A stretch of DNA of 64,000 nt from Solirubrobacterales bacterium (GCA_035265665.1 DATFOK010000102.1:4705-68704), one strand, 5' to 3'; shown: positions 8,279-17,583, counted from the first letter of the stretch. Translations and numbers: made by a program. Notes: generated by a model not told the origin, from the sequence alone.

Positions 8279-9184
8279 ATGGCTCCGCCGACCGCACAGC
8301 TTCCGGCCTCGGATTTCCTCACCGGCGAGGAGCTCGACCGCGAGGCGCTGCTGGCCCTGCTCGACCGGGCCGAGGAGCTCAAGCGGGGCCGTGCGTCGGG
8401 CGAGGGGCGGGACTCACTTGCCGGCCGCTCGGTGGCGCTGGTCTTCGAGAAGCCATCGACGCGAACCCGTGTCTCGTTTGAGGTCGGTGTCGCCGAGCTG
8501 GGAGCGACGCCGATCGTGTTGCATGCCGAGGAGCTGCAGATGACGCGCGGCGAGTCGGTCGCCGACACCGGCCGGATCCTCTCCGGCTACCTGCACGGCA
8601 TCGTGATCCGTTCCGGCTCGGATGAGCGGGTGCGCGAGCTGGCAGCCGGAGCGAGCGTGCCTGTGATCAACGGGCTGACGCCGGAGCACCACCCGTGTCA
8701 GGCGCTGGCCGACCTGCTGACGCTGAAGGAGCGCTTCGGCGAGCTCGACGGGCTCCGCCTCGCCTACGTGGGGGACGGGAACAACATGGCGCGTTCGCTG
8801 GCGATCCTGGGACGCATCGCGGGGGTGAACGTGGTGATCGCGAGCCCGGATGGCTATCGGATCGAGGAGGGGCCGGCCGAGCTCACCGGCGAACCGCGCG
8901 CGGCGGCCGCCGGGGCCGATGCGATCTACACAGACGTCTGGGTGAGCATGGGGGACGAGGAGGAGGCCGCGCGGCGGCGCCGCGACCTGACCCCCTACCA
9001 GCTCAACGACGAGCTTCTCGACGTCGCCTCGGACCGGGTGGTCGCGCTCCACTGCCTGCCGGCCCACCCGGGCGAGGAGATCACTGCCGAGGTGCTCTAC
9101 GGCGAGCGCTCGGCGGTCTGGGAGCAGGCGGAGAACCGCCTGCATGCGCAGAAGGCGCTGCTCGAGCGCCTGCTGGGCGCCTAG
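8279..9184 (+). CDS. argF: Ornithine carbamoyltransferase
   Basis: ATG 8279 lies within longest ORF 7475..9184; the upstream part is antisense of the EEP gene. Motifs: FEKPSTRTRVSF, HPCQALADL, DVWVSMG, HCLPAH. Confidence 0.92.
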   Translation: MAPPTAQLPASDFLTGEELDREALLALLDRAEELKRGRASGEGRDSLAGRSVALVFEKPSTRTRVSFEVGVAELGATPIVLHAEELQMTRGESVADTGRILSGYLHGIVIRSGSDERVRELAAGASVPVINGLTPEHHPCQALADLLTLKERFGELDGLRLAYVGDGNNMARSLAILGRIAGVNVVIASPDGYRIEEGPAELTGEPRAAAAGADAIYTDVWVSMGDEEEAARRRRDLTPYQLNDELLDVASDRVVALHCLPAHPGEEITAEVLYGERSAVWEQAENRLHAQKALLERLLGA

Positions 9185-9705
9185 CCGCCCTCCCCGTCAC
9201 GGGGCTCGCAGACGATCACCGGGATGCGCCTGCGGGCTGTGTCGGCGCGCCGCTGGTAGTCGTCGTAGCCGGGATAGAGCTGCGTCGCCAGCTTCCAGAG
9301 GCGCTCGCGCTCCTCTCCCTCCGCCTCACGAGCGCGGTAGGTCCCACCCTGGCCCCGGGCCCAGAGTTCGATTTCGGGGCTCGCCTTGAGGTTGTGGTAC
9401 CAGGCCGGATGCTTCGCCTTTCCGGTCTGCGAGGCGATCAGGACGACGTTGCCGTCATCGGTGAAGTAGAGAAGCGGCGTGGTGCGCTTCTGGCCGCTCT
9501 TGGCTCCGGTGTGCGAGAGCAGTACGGTCGGGGCCCCGCTCGGCATCTTGAGCAGTCCACGGCTCGCCCGCATCAGGTATGGATCGACCTTGTTGGCGAC
9601 GTTGAGGGCGACCCAGCCGCCGAACCTGCCCTTCGCAATCCAACGGAACGCGCGCTGGACCAGATTGCGCGGCTTGGTCGCGTCGAACTCGGGCACCCGT
9701 TCCAC
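9181..9705 (-). CDS. Deazaflavin (F420H2)-dependent nitroreductase family protein (Ddn-like)
   Basis: Sequence: LLSHTGAKSGQKRTTPLLYF...VLIASQTGKAKHPAWYHNLKA...YRAREAEGEERERLW. Confidence 0.85.
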   Translation of the reverse strand: MERVPEFDATKPRNLVQRAFRWIAKGRFGGWVALNVANKVDPYLMRASRGLLKMPSGAPTVLLSHTGAKSGQKRTTPLLYFTDDGNVVLIASQTGKAKHPAWYHNLKASPEIELWARGQGGTYRAREAEGEERERLWKLATQLYPGYDDYQRRADTARRRIPVIVCEPRDGEGG

Positions 9706-9758
9706 GGCAGCAGCCTATGCGAGCGTCATCAGGGCGTGCCTAGACTTGCTTGCCGCAA

Positions 9759-9830
9759 GGCCCCGTCGTCCAACGGCTAGGACATCAGGTTTTCAACCTG
9801 GGAACGCGGGTTCGACTCCCGCCGGGGCTA
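9759..9830 (+). tRNA. tRNA-Glu (anticodon UUC)
   Basis: Hand-folded. Acceptor GGCCCCG/CGGGGCU, D-stem GTCC/GGAC, anticodon stem TCAGG/CCTGG with loop TTTTCAA, T-arm GCGGG-TTCGACT-CCCGC. No encoded CCA. Confidence 0.85.
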
Positions 9831-9888
9831 TCTCAGGGTTTCAAGGAGCGTTTCGAGCTAGCGGGCAGAGCTGGTCATTCGCCTAGGC

Positions 9889-10653
9889 TTGCGGCGAGTG
9901 CTCCCCGAGATCAACATCGGTCCGCTCACGCTGCAGACCTTCGGAATCTGCTTCGCGCTCGCCTTCATCGCGGCCGGGGCGCTGATCTGGAGGCGGCTCG
10001 ATGAGCTCGGCAAGCCCGTCGACTGGGCCTACGAGATGGGCTTCACCGCGCTACTCGGCGGCCTGATCGGAGCGCGGGTCGACTTCATCATCGAGAACTA
10101 CAGCGACGTCAAGGGGGACCTGCTCGGCAACATCCTCTCCGGCTCGGGACTCGTCTGGTACGGCGGTGTCATCGGAGGGGCGATCGGTGTGTTGCTCTGG
10201 GCGTGGTGGCGCAAGTACCTCACGCTCGGGCTGCTCGACCTCGCCGCCCCCGCCCTCGCCATCGGGTACGCGATCGGCCGCTGCGGCTGCCAGCTCTCCG
10301 GCGACGGCGACTACGGAAAGGCCTGGGATGGACCCTGGGCCATGGCCTATTCCGACGGCACCCAGCCGATCGACACGCCGGTCCACCCGACGCCCGTCTA
10401 CGAGACGCTCGCGATGGGCCTCGTCGCGCTCCTGCTCTGGCGTCTCCGCGATCGCCTCACGAACGGCCTGCTCTTCGCCCTCTACCTCCTGCTGGCCGGC
10501 ACCGAGCGCTTCCTGGTCGAATTCGTCCGCCGCAACGACGACGTCGCCCTCGGCCTCACCCAGGCTCAGCTGTTCAGTCTCGTGATGATGATCGCCGGTG
10601 GCTTCTGGCTGGCGCTCGCCTACCGTCGCGCTCCCCGCCCGGCACCCGCCTGA
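9889..10653 (+). CDS. lgt: Prolipoprotein diacylglyceryl transferase
   Basis: Polytopic membrane protein with GYAIGRCGCQLSGDGDYG...PWA...HPTPVYE (Lgt-type motifs). Start is TTG 9889 or GTG 9898. Confidence 0.8.
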   Translation: MRRVLPEINIGPLTLQTFGICFALAFIAAGALIWRRLDELGKPVDWAYEMGFTALLGGLIGARVDFIIENYSDVKGDLLGNILSGSGLVWYGGVIGGAIGVLLWAWWRKYLTLGLLDLAAPALAIGYAIGRCGCQLSGDGDYGKAWDGPWAMAYSDGTQPIDTPVHPTPVYETLAMGLVALLLWRLRDRLTNGLLFALYLLLAGTERFLVEFVRRNDDVALGLTQAQLFSLVMMIAGGFWLALAYRRAPRPAPA

Positions 10654-10661
10654 ACATCACT

Positions 10662-11414
10662 TCAGGCCGAACGGAGCAGGCCGCCGTCGAGCGGGATCAG
10701 CGTTCCCGTGAGATAGGCGGCCCGCTCCGAGCACAGGAACGCGACCAGGTCGCCGTACTCCTCGGGGCGCCCCAGCCGGGCCGCGGGGATCCGGTCTCTC
10801 GCGGCCGCCTCCGCCTGCTCCAGCGATCCATGGCGGTCAGCCAGCCGGTCGGTCGCGAACTGCCCCGTGGCCACGGTGTTGACCGTCACCCCGTCCGCCG
10901 CTACCTCGTCCGAGAGCGTCTTGAGCAGCCCGAGCGCGGCCATCCGGTTCGCATTGGAGAGCGCGAGTCCCGGAATCGGCTCGCGGATAGAGCTCGACGA
11001 GACGTTCACGATCCTGCCCCAGCGGCGCTCCCGCATCCCCGGCAGCACCTCTTCGATCAGGACCCGCGGGGCCAGCACCAGCGAGCGAAAAGCCGCCTCC
11101 CATTCCTCCAGCGAGTTGGCGAGCGCGCCGCCCCCCGGCAGCCCACCCGTGTTCGCGACCAGGATCTCGACCGGGCCCAGCGCCTCCGCGACCTCACCCG
11201 GCAGCCGGCGCAGTCGGTCCAGGTCGCCTGTGTCCGCCGGGAACGCGCGCACCTCGCCTCCGATCTCCTCCGCCGCGGCCCGTAGCCCCTCTTCAGAGCG
11301 GCTCGAGATCGCCACCCGCGCGCCCTCCCGCGTGAGCGCGCCCGCGATCCCCTTCCCGATCCCGCGGCTGGCGGCCATCACCAGCGCCGTCCGCCCCTCG
11401 ATGCCTAGGTCCAC
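10662..11414 (-). CDS. SDR family oxidoreductase (FabG-like)
   Basis: The N-terminal MAASRGIGKGIA stands in for the usual TGxxxGIG dinucleotide-binding motif. NVSSSS and a Lys-containing catalytic region are present. 250 aa. Confidence 0.88.
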   Translation of the reverse strand: MDLGIEGRTALVMAASRGIGKGIAGALTREGARVAISSRSEEGLRAAAEEIGGEVRAFPADTGDLDRLRRLPGEVAEALGPVEILVANTGGLPGGGALANSLEEWEAAFRSLVLAPRVLIEEVLPGMRERRWGRIVNVSSSSIREPIPGLALSNANRMAALGLLKTLSDEVAADGVTVNTVATGQFATDRLADRHGSLEQAEAAARDRIPAARLGRPEEYGDLVAFLCSERAAYLTGTLIPLDGGLLRSA

Positions 11415-11454
11415 CGCGGCGCTCCCAACCGTCTCGCGAGCCGTATCCGGTCCA

Positions 11455-12651
11455 TCAGCCGGTCAGCTTGGCGAGATAGACCGCATCGTCGGGCGGCAGA
11501 CCCGGGATCGGCTGGCCGTCCCAGGTGATCCCGTCCGCCATCGCCATGAAGAGCTGCTCGCGATCGCGCAGGCTGAGGCGCTCGAAGCGGCAGAGAGCGA
11601 GGAACGAATAGAGCTTGGGCATCGAGTCCCGCCAACCACGGTCCGTGCCGTGGATCCGCGCGAGGTCGTGGATGCTCGCCGGTGCCTCCTGGAGCGGCTC
11701 GCGGAAGATCTGGGCGCACACGGCGAAGTCCAACTGCTCCTCCCGGCCCGCCGGGACGAGCAGCACCTCGTCCTCCGGCGCGAGCAGTCCCCGCTCCAGC
11801 TCCTCCGGCTCCATCAGCAGGACGCCGTCGGTCGGCCGCGGGTTGCACTCGATCATCACCAGCCCGTCATCGGTCTCGATGAAGTCGAGTGACATCTGCC
11901 CTTCCCACTCGAGATCGGAGCCGAGCCTCTCGACGGTCGGCAGCGTGTCGCTCGGGTCGACGGAGAGGAACTGGATGCCCGTGGAGTGCTCCCACTGCCG
12001 CGGCGCCCGGTAGGACATGTGCGCGGCGAGCCTCCCCTCATGCAGGGTGGAGTAGGTGCAGTGCATCGGCCCGTCGACGAACTCTTGGACCAGCCATGGA
12101 TTCGCCTCGGTCGGGCGGCAGTCCTCCGGCTTCAGATGCCCGGCCAGCGGCCCGGTGTTGGTGAGCAACCCGACTCCCCCGCGGGAGAAGGCCGCGCGGG
12201 CGAAGTACGCCGGGAACCGCTCGATCGCCTCCTTCAGCTCCTCCTGGCTGTGGGCGAGGACCGTGTGCGGCGTTCGGATCTCGAGGCGATCGCAGAGCTC
12301 CTGGAAGGTCCCCTTGTCGTGCACCTGGGCGAGCGTCCGGAAGGGCGGGGCGTACAGTCTGGTCACCTGTGAGAGCCGCTCGTGCTGGGCGGCCAGGTAG
12401 AAGACCTCCTCGAACATCGGCACGACCAGCTCGATCTCGTTCTCGGCCGCGATCCGCTCGACATCCGCCGCGAACTTCTCGGGATCCGCGGACGGCGAGG
12501 CCGTGACGAAATGGCCCGCGAGGTAGCGGGAGTGGCTGCCCGGCGAGGCCTCGTAGCTGTCGGAGGCGTAGACCTCGTGCCCGCGCTCGCCCAGCTTGCG
12601 GATCGCATCCAGCGCGAACGGCATGCGCGAGCTGGTGATCAGCAGCCTCAT
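11455..12651 (-). CDS. ATP-grasp domain protein (unknown ligase)
   Basis: 398 aa. A pre-ATP-grasp Rossmann-like N-terminus (MRLLITSS...GHEVYASD). Then ...HDKGTFQELC...YFARAAFSRGGVG...LVQEFV...MSLDFIETDDGLVMIECNPRP. Confidence 0.75.
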   Translation of the reverse strand: MRLLITSSRMPFALDAIRKLGERGHEVYASDSYEASPGSHSRYLAGHFVTASPSADPEKFAADVERIAAENEIELVVPMFEEVFYLAAQHERLSQVTRLYAPPFRTLAQVHDKGTFQELCDRLEIRTPHTVLAHSQEELKEAIERFPAYFARAAFSRGGVGLLTNTGPLAGHLKPEDCRPTEANPWLVQEFVDGPMHCTYSTLHEGRLAAHMSYRAPRQWEHSTGIQFLSVDPSDTLPTVERLGSDLEWEGQMSLDFIETDDGLVMIECNPRPTDGVLLMEPEELERGLLAPEDEVLLVPAGREEQLDFAVCAQIFREPLQEAPASIHDLARIHGTDRGWRDSMPKLYSFLALCRFERLSLRDREQLFMAMADGITWDGQPIPGLPPDDAVYLAKLTG

Positions 12652-12678
12652 CGAGGCCGAACCCTAAGGCCCCGCGCG

Positions 12679-13783
12679 CTAGCGGCGGTGCTTGCGCTTG
12701 CGGGACTTCTTCCTTTTCTTCTTCTGCTTCACCGCGGCTTGCGGCGCCGTCACCGGCACACCAAGCGGCATCGTCACATGGATGCCATCGAAGGTGACCG
12801 CGCCGGCGGAGCGCTGCAGGTCGTACAGGAGGAGGACGCGGTGAGCTGGAGCGTGTAGCCGCCGCCGGCCGGTGCGCGGCCGGCAACCATCTCGAGGTTG
12901 CGGGAGATGGAGTGCGTCTGGCCATCCAGGGTGAGTGGGATCGGCGTGGCGATGTTGCCCAGAACGGTGCCGTTGCGCGGGTTGACGAATTGCGCATACA
13001 CCCAGGTGTTCTGCGGCACTGCCCTGCCCCGGTAGGTGAGCTTGAGGCGGGGCGGACCGACCACGTTGCCGCCCGCGCCTGGCCCCGGAACGGGGACGTT
13101 GACCGCGTTCACGGCCTGTGTGGCGAAGATCAGCGCTCCGCTGCTCTGGCCCGGCAGGATCGGCAGCGTCCCGGATCCCGAGCCGCTCAGCTGGTCCGCG
13201 GAGCGAAGCGGATACGCGTCGCTCGAGCGAAGCTGCCCGTCGTCCGCGATCCATGCGAACTTCGGGCCGGTGTCGGCGTCGGTTCGCCCGCGCAGATAGC
13301 GGTCGAACCAGCGGACCTGGCGCTGGTCGAGGTAGGCCGAGCCGGGTCCATCGTCGGTCAGGCAGACGCCATGGCCTCCGCAGAACCAGAGCATCTTTAC
13401 TGGCACGTTCTGCGCCGACGTCCGAACCCCCCGCTTCTTGCGCTTCTTGCCCTTGGCCTTGCGCTTCTTGGCCTTCGACTTGATCACGGCGGTCCGCCAC
13501 GGGTCGTCGCCGATCCGCTCGCCGGGCACGCCGAAGAGCGAGGCGGGGCTGGGGCCCCGCCGGTCGCGCTGTCGCCGGGCAGGCTCCACCCTAGCCCCTC
13601 GAGGATCGTCGGCGCCGGGTGACCGGCATCGACGCCCTTACCGGGGAACCAGTGGGCGACGATCTTGGTGCCGTCGAAGGAGGTGATCGTCACGTCCCGC
13701 GCGCTAGCCCCGGGCGTGAACGCGAGAGCGGCCGCAAGCACGGCGGCAAAGGGCAGCAGACCCCCAAGGCCACGCCTCCTCAT
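12679..13783 (-). pseudogene. Degraded CocE/NonD (S15) family secreted hydrolase: two or more frameshifts and loss of the catalytic core
   Basis: Homologous pieces lie in three frames. Frame 1, from ATG 13783: signal peptide + DVTITSFDGTKIVAHWFP...APTILEGLGW. Frame 2: ...MLWFCGGHGVCLTDDG...PRLKLTYRG...YTLQLTASSS. Frame 3: LYDLQRSAGAVTFDGIHVTMPL...KQKKKRKKSRKRKHRR. No GxSYGG nucleophile segment remains; compare the intact paralog at 57981-60275. Confidence 0.7.
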
Positions 13784-13838
13784 GGCGCGCGACCCTACCA
13801 GCGCGCCCCTGCGGGCGCGCTGGTTTGCCTCCGCCGAA

Positions 13839-14537
13839 TCAGCGGATAGGTGCGACCTCTTGGCTGGCCCGGGCCTTCCACGCGTACGCGTCTCTGATCT
13901 GGTCCGGCGAGCGCGCCCCGGCCGGCAGGAGCCGCACGCGCACCGTGAGCAGGTCCGCTCCAAGCACCCGCACGTTGATGGCGTTGAGCGTCCGTAGCGG
14001 ATGCCAGCGGATGATCCGGCGCTGGCGAGCGAGCGCGTCGTCATCGGGCAGGATCTCCGCGACGCCGGGCACCCATTGGTAGCGCCAGCCGACACGCAAC
14101 CGGACCCGCACGTGCGGGTCGTGCTGGATGTTGCGCACGTAGGCCGCTCGGGTGCCGTGCTCGACGATGATCCAGAAGTACTCGCCCATCCTGCCGTTGC
14201 CGACGGGAGTACGGCGTGGCTTGCCCGACCGTCGTCCCCGGGTCTCGAGAATCGCCAGCCCGAGCGGATTGACGCCGAGCGCTAGAAACATCCGCATCAG
14301 CGGATTGACCGTGAAGCGCTGCAAACTACGCACGAGCAGAACCTTGACCCGGCGGCTGCGCGCGGTGAGCACGAGCAGGGCCAGGTACACGGAACTCTGC
14401 ACAAGCGGTAGGGCGATGCCCGGCCAGGCATCGGGGTTGAGGGCGAAGATGCCCCACGTGAGGGCGAGGGCAGCTGCGGTCCCGACCAGCAGACCGCGAG
14501 GTAAATTCAGGGTTCTAATACGAGTGTATGGGTTCAT
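13839..14537 (-). CDS. Membrane-anchored deazaflavin-dependent nitroreductase family protein
   Basis: ATG 14537 (MNPYTRIRTL...). Two N-terminal hydrophobic helices. Then LETRGRRSGKPRRTPV...WIIVEHGTRAAYVRNIQHDPHVRVRL. Confidence 0.75.
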   Translation of the reverse strand: MNPYTRIRTLNLPRGLLVGTAAALALTWGIFALNPDAWPGIALPLVQSSVYLALLVLTARSRRVKVLLVRSLQRFTVNPLMRMFLALGVNPLGLAILETRGRRSGKPRRTPVGNGRMGEYFWIIVEHGTRAAYVRNIQHDPHVRVRLRVGWRYQWVPGVAEILPDDDALARQRRIIRWHPLRTLNAINVRVLGADLLTVRVRLLPAGARSPDQIRDAYAWKARASQEVAPIR

Positions 14538-14549
14538 ACGGTCGTATGA
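14534..14549. promoter_or_regulatory. Candidate TetR operator: inverted repeat TCATACG-GT-CGTATGA spanning both divergent start codons
   Basis: 7-bp perfect arms. GTATG/CATAC half-sites also recur every ~9 bp across 14526-14553. The minus-strand ATG (14537) and plus-strand ATG (14546) both lie inside the repeat. Confidence 0.6.
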
Positions 14550-15169
14550 TACGCAGGATGAGCGAGTTGTCAATTCCGAATCCGAGGAAAGCTGCCCTGA
14601 CCGAGGCGCTCCTTCGCATCGTGGCCGAGCGGGGGCTCGATCAGGTCAGTGTGCGGGAGGTCGCCTCCGCCGCCGACGTTTCGATCGGGACCGTGCAGCA
14701 CTACTTCCCGACCAAGGACGAGATGCTGGCGGCGGCATTCGCCGAGGTGGTGCGGCAGGTTCGCGCCCGGCTGGCCTCGGTCGAGCGCGGTGACGACATA
14801 CGCCGCAATCTGTCGACAGTGCTGCGCGAGTTCCTTCCGCTCGACGCCCGACGATCAGAGGAGGCGCGGATCATGCTGGCTTTCGCGACGCGGGCGGCGA
14901 CCTCCCCCGCGCTGGCCGAGGTCCAGCGCAGCGTTCTGGGGGAGATTCATGAGGCGCTCAGCGAGGCGCTTACCGGCGCTGCGTACGGCCATGTCGACGC
15001 AGCAGATGTGAGAAGCGCCGCCCACATCGCCATCGCCGCCGCCGACGGCCTCGCCCTTCATGCCGTGAGTGCCCCCGGCTGGATGTCACGAGGCCAGTTG
15101 GCCGCTGCACTGGAGTTGCTCCTGGAGCGGCTTGTCCCCGAGAGGGCCGACCCGGTCGGTCAGTCCTGA
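14546..15169 (+). CDS. TetR/AcrR family transcriptional regulator
   Basis: HTH: RGLDQVSVREVASAADVSIGTVQHYFPTKDEML. Start is ATG 14546 or ATG 14558. Confidence 0.9.
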   Translation: MIRRMSELSIPNPRKAALTEALLRIVAERGLDQVSVREVASAADVSIGTVQHYFPTKDEMLAAAFAEVVRQVRARLASVERGDDIRRNLSTVLREFLPLDARRSEEARIMLAFATRAATSPALAEVQRSVLGEIHEALSEALTGAAYGHVDAADVRSAAHIAIAAADGLALHAVSAPGWMSRGQLAAALELLLERLVPERADPVGQS

Positions 15170-15194
15170 GATCTGAGCCATAATCGAATACCCA

Positions 15195-15267
15195 GGGCGG
15201 TTAGCTCAGTTGGGAGAGCGCTTCGTTTACACCGAAGAGGTCGCAGGTTCGATTCCTGCACCGCCCA
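15195..15267 (+). tRNA. tRNA-Val (anticodon UAC)
   Basis: GGGCGGTTAGCTCAGTTGGGAGAGCGCTTCGTTTACACCGAAGAGGTCGCAGGTTCGATTCCTGCACCGCCCA. This is a canonical cloverleaf with anticodon loop TTTACAC. Confidence 0.92.
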
Positions 15268-15376
15268 CTCTTAATCCCTCCTTCTCATCCCAGAGGTTGG
15301 CGGGCGACGGTCCGGGTATACGTGCGGCGAGCAAGCCAGGTCAAGGAAGGCTGGGCGAAGGAAGGAGGGAACGCTC

Positions 15377-15514
15377 ATGTTGTGGTTGATTGCAGGCGTC
15401 GTCCTGCTCATCATCGCCATCGCGGGTGGTGCGATTGTGCACCCCGTCTTGTTCGCACTGGCGATCGTCGCTCTCGTGATCTTCTTCATGGGACGCGGCA
15501 CCCGCACCGTCTGA
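15377..15514 (+). CDS. Small hydrophobic protein (45 aa, two predicted TM helices)
   Basis: Below the ORF-track size cutoff. SD GAAGGAGGG (15361-15369) lies 7 nt before the ATG. Sequence: MLWLIAGVVLLIIAIAGGAIVHPVLFALAIVALVIFFMGRGTRTV. Third codon positions are GC-rich. Confidence 0.55.
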   Translation: MLWLIAGVVLLIIAIAGGAIVHPVLFALAIVALVIFFMGRGTRTV

Positions 15515-15524
15515 GCGCGCAGCC

Positions 15525-17135
15525 TCAGTCCGAGGCGCCGGGCTCGTCGCTCTGGGTGTGCTGCGGCATCAACGCGCCGGTCGAGCCCCACCGGTCGCGG
15601 GCGATCAGCCGGCGCGCCTCGGACTGCTCGTCCTTGGGCAGCAGGGTCCGTCGGAGATCGTGCGCGTCGAAGATCTCGTCGAGGTCCTCGCGCGTGAGCG
15701 TCTCGCGCTCGAGCGCGTTGCTGGCCAGGTCGTCGAGGCAGCGGCGGTTGAGGTGCATCAGCTGCCGCGCGCGGGCATAGGCGAGGTGGGCCAGCTCCTG
15801 TGCGCTCTCGTCGACGTTCCCGCGGGTTCGATCCGAGAGCGCGTAGTCGCTGGTCGGCTGGGCCAAGGGAGCGCTGTCGGGCGGGCCGTGCGAGATGGTC
15901 ATGCCGAACTCGGTGACCATCTGGACGCAGATCTTCTGGACGCGTGCCAGGTCGTCGGCGGCGCCGGAATAGGCCTCGTCGAAGACCTCCTCCTCCGCCG
16001 CCCGGCCGCCGAGCAGGATCACGATCTCGTCCATCAGCTGCTTGCGCGAGCGCAGGTAGCGGTCCTCGCTGGATGAGTGTCCGACGAAGCCCAGCGCGGG
16101 GCCGCGGGGGATGATGCTGAGGATCTCCGGCGGGTCCAGCCCACAGAGCCGCCGGCAGAGGGCGTGCCCGCCCTCGTGGTAGGCGACGATCCTGCGCTCC
16201 TCGTCGGTCAGTCTGCGGTTCTGCTGCGAGCCGACGGACTGCCGGAGCAGCGCCTCGTCGAGGTCCTCGCGCGCGATCGCCATCCGTCCGGCCCGCCCGG
16301 CGATGATCGCCGCCTCGTTCAGGGCGTTTGCCAGCTGGGCGCCGGTCAGACCTGTCGTCTTGCGGGCGACGTCGGTCAGGTCGACCTTGTCCGAGAGGGT
16401 TTTGTCCTTGGCGTGCGAGCGGAGGATCGCGTCACGCCCATCGCGGTCCGGCGGCGCGACCAGCACCTGGCGATCGAACCGGCCGGGACGCAGCAACGCC
16501 TTGTCGAGCTTGTCGATCTGGTTCGACGCCGCCAGCACGATCACGGTCCCGGGGTCACGCTCAAAGCCGTCGAGCTCGACCAGTAGCTGATTGAGCGCTT
16601 GCTCGCGCTCCGAGGTTCCGCCGTCACCTGCGCCCGAGCCGCGATGCCCGCCGACTGCATCGAGCTCGTCGATGAAGACGACCGCTCGTCCGGAGCGGCG
16701 GGCCTCCTTGAAGAGGCGGCGGATGCGCGCCGCGCCCCGTCCGACGAACATCTCGACGAAGCTCGACCCCGAGGCGGCGAAGAAGTCGACACCCGCGTGC
16801 GAGGCGACGGCGCGGGCCAGCATCGTCTTACCGGTCCCGGGCGGCCCGTAGAGCAGCACGCCCCGGGGCGCACGGGCGCCGAGCGCCTCGAAGCGCTTCG
16901 GGTCCTTGAGCCACTCGGCGACGTCCACCAGCTCCTCCTTGGCGGCGTCGACGCCCTGTACGTCCTCCCAGCGGACCGTGCCGGTGGAACTCGCCTTGAC
17001 GGACTCCGGTCGGGTCGAGCCCATCGTCGTCCGCAGCAGGAAGACGAAGACCGCCAGGATCCCCGCCGAGAAGGCCACGCCGAAGACCGGATACCACTCG
17101 AAGAAGAAGTCGGTGATGGATGCGGGCAGGGGCAT
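15525..17135 (-). CDS. FtsH-family AAA+ zinc metalloprotease paralog with a single N-terminal TM helix
   Basis: Walker A GPPGTGKT, Walker [10 protein letters not shown], second region of homology ALLRPGRFD, protease HEXXH as AYHEGGHAL. Only one hydrophobic helix and no periplasmic domain. 536 aa. Confidence 0.88.
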   Translation of the reverse strand: MPLPASITDFFFEWYPVFGVAFSAGILAVFVFLLRTTMGSTRPESVKASSTGTVRWEDVQGVDAAKEELVDVAEWLKDPKRFEALGARAPRGVLLYGPPGTGKTMLARAVASHAGVDFFAASGSSFVEMFVGRGAARIRRLFKEARRSGRAVVFIDELDAVGGHRGSGAGDGGTSEREQALNQLLVELDGFERDPGTVIVLAASNQIDKLDKALLRPGRFDRQVLVAPPDRDGRDAILRSHAKDKTLSDKVDLTDVARKTTGLTGAQLANALNEAAIIAGRAGRMAIAREDLDEALLRQSVGSQQNRRLTDEERRIVAYHEGGHALCRRLCGLDPPEILSIIPRGPALGFVGHSSSEDRYLRSRKQLMDEIVILLGGRAAEEEVFDEAYSGAADDLARVQKICVQMVTEFGMTISHGPPDSAPLAQPTSDYALSDRTRGNVDESAQELAHLAYARARQLMHLNRRCLDDLASNALERETLTREDLDEIFDAHDLRRTLLPKDEQSEARRLIARDRWGSTGALMPQHTQSDEPGASD

Positions 17136-17208
17136 AGAGGGCGCCTGGGCTACTTATCGGCAGGTCCACTCGATGCCTGGACCCCTTTTTTGGTTCGCCT
17201 AGCCGAGC

Positions 17209-17583
17209 TTAGGCTTGCCCGTAGAGCATCACCTTGCTGGTGTCGTCCGGATCTGCCTTGATCTGGAACCTGCTGCCGGGCTGGTAGGCGTTGTACGCAT
17301 CCTGGGTCAGGTACTGGTGCACCACGGTGTCGTAGCTCTGCCCGTTCTCGAGCTCGACGCTGACCCCGATGTCGTAGGCCTTGTTGACCGGATCCGACCC
17401 CTCGCCCGACTCGGTGATCGAGTTGATGGTGGCGACCCCTGGCAGCCCGTTCTGGTTCAGCTTCATCGCCAGGTTCGCGTACTCCACGTCTCCGGCTGAC
17501 GGGCTCATCTGACCGGCTCCCCCTTGCTGGGCGGCCTGCTGCGCCATCTCCTGTGCCTTCTTGATGTTGTCCATCAAGCCCAT
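17209..17583 (-). CDS. Hypothetical protein (124 aa)
   Basis: Only the last 124 codons of ORF 17209..18498 look coding. ATG 17583 follows GAGGAGGGGAGAAGAA. Sequence: MGLMDNIKKAQEMAQQAAQQ...INSITESGEGSDPVNKAYDIGVSVELENGQSY... Confidence 0.65.
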   Translation of the reverse strand: MGLMDNIKKAQEMAQQAAQQGGAGQMSPSAGDVEYANLAMKLNQNGLPGVATINSITESGEGSDPVNKAYDIGVSVELENGQSYDTVVHQYLTQDAYNAYQPGSRFQIKADPDDTSKVMLYGQA

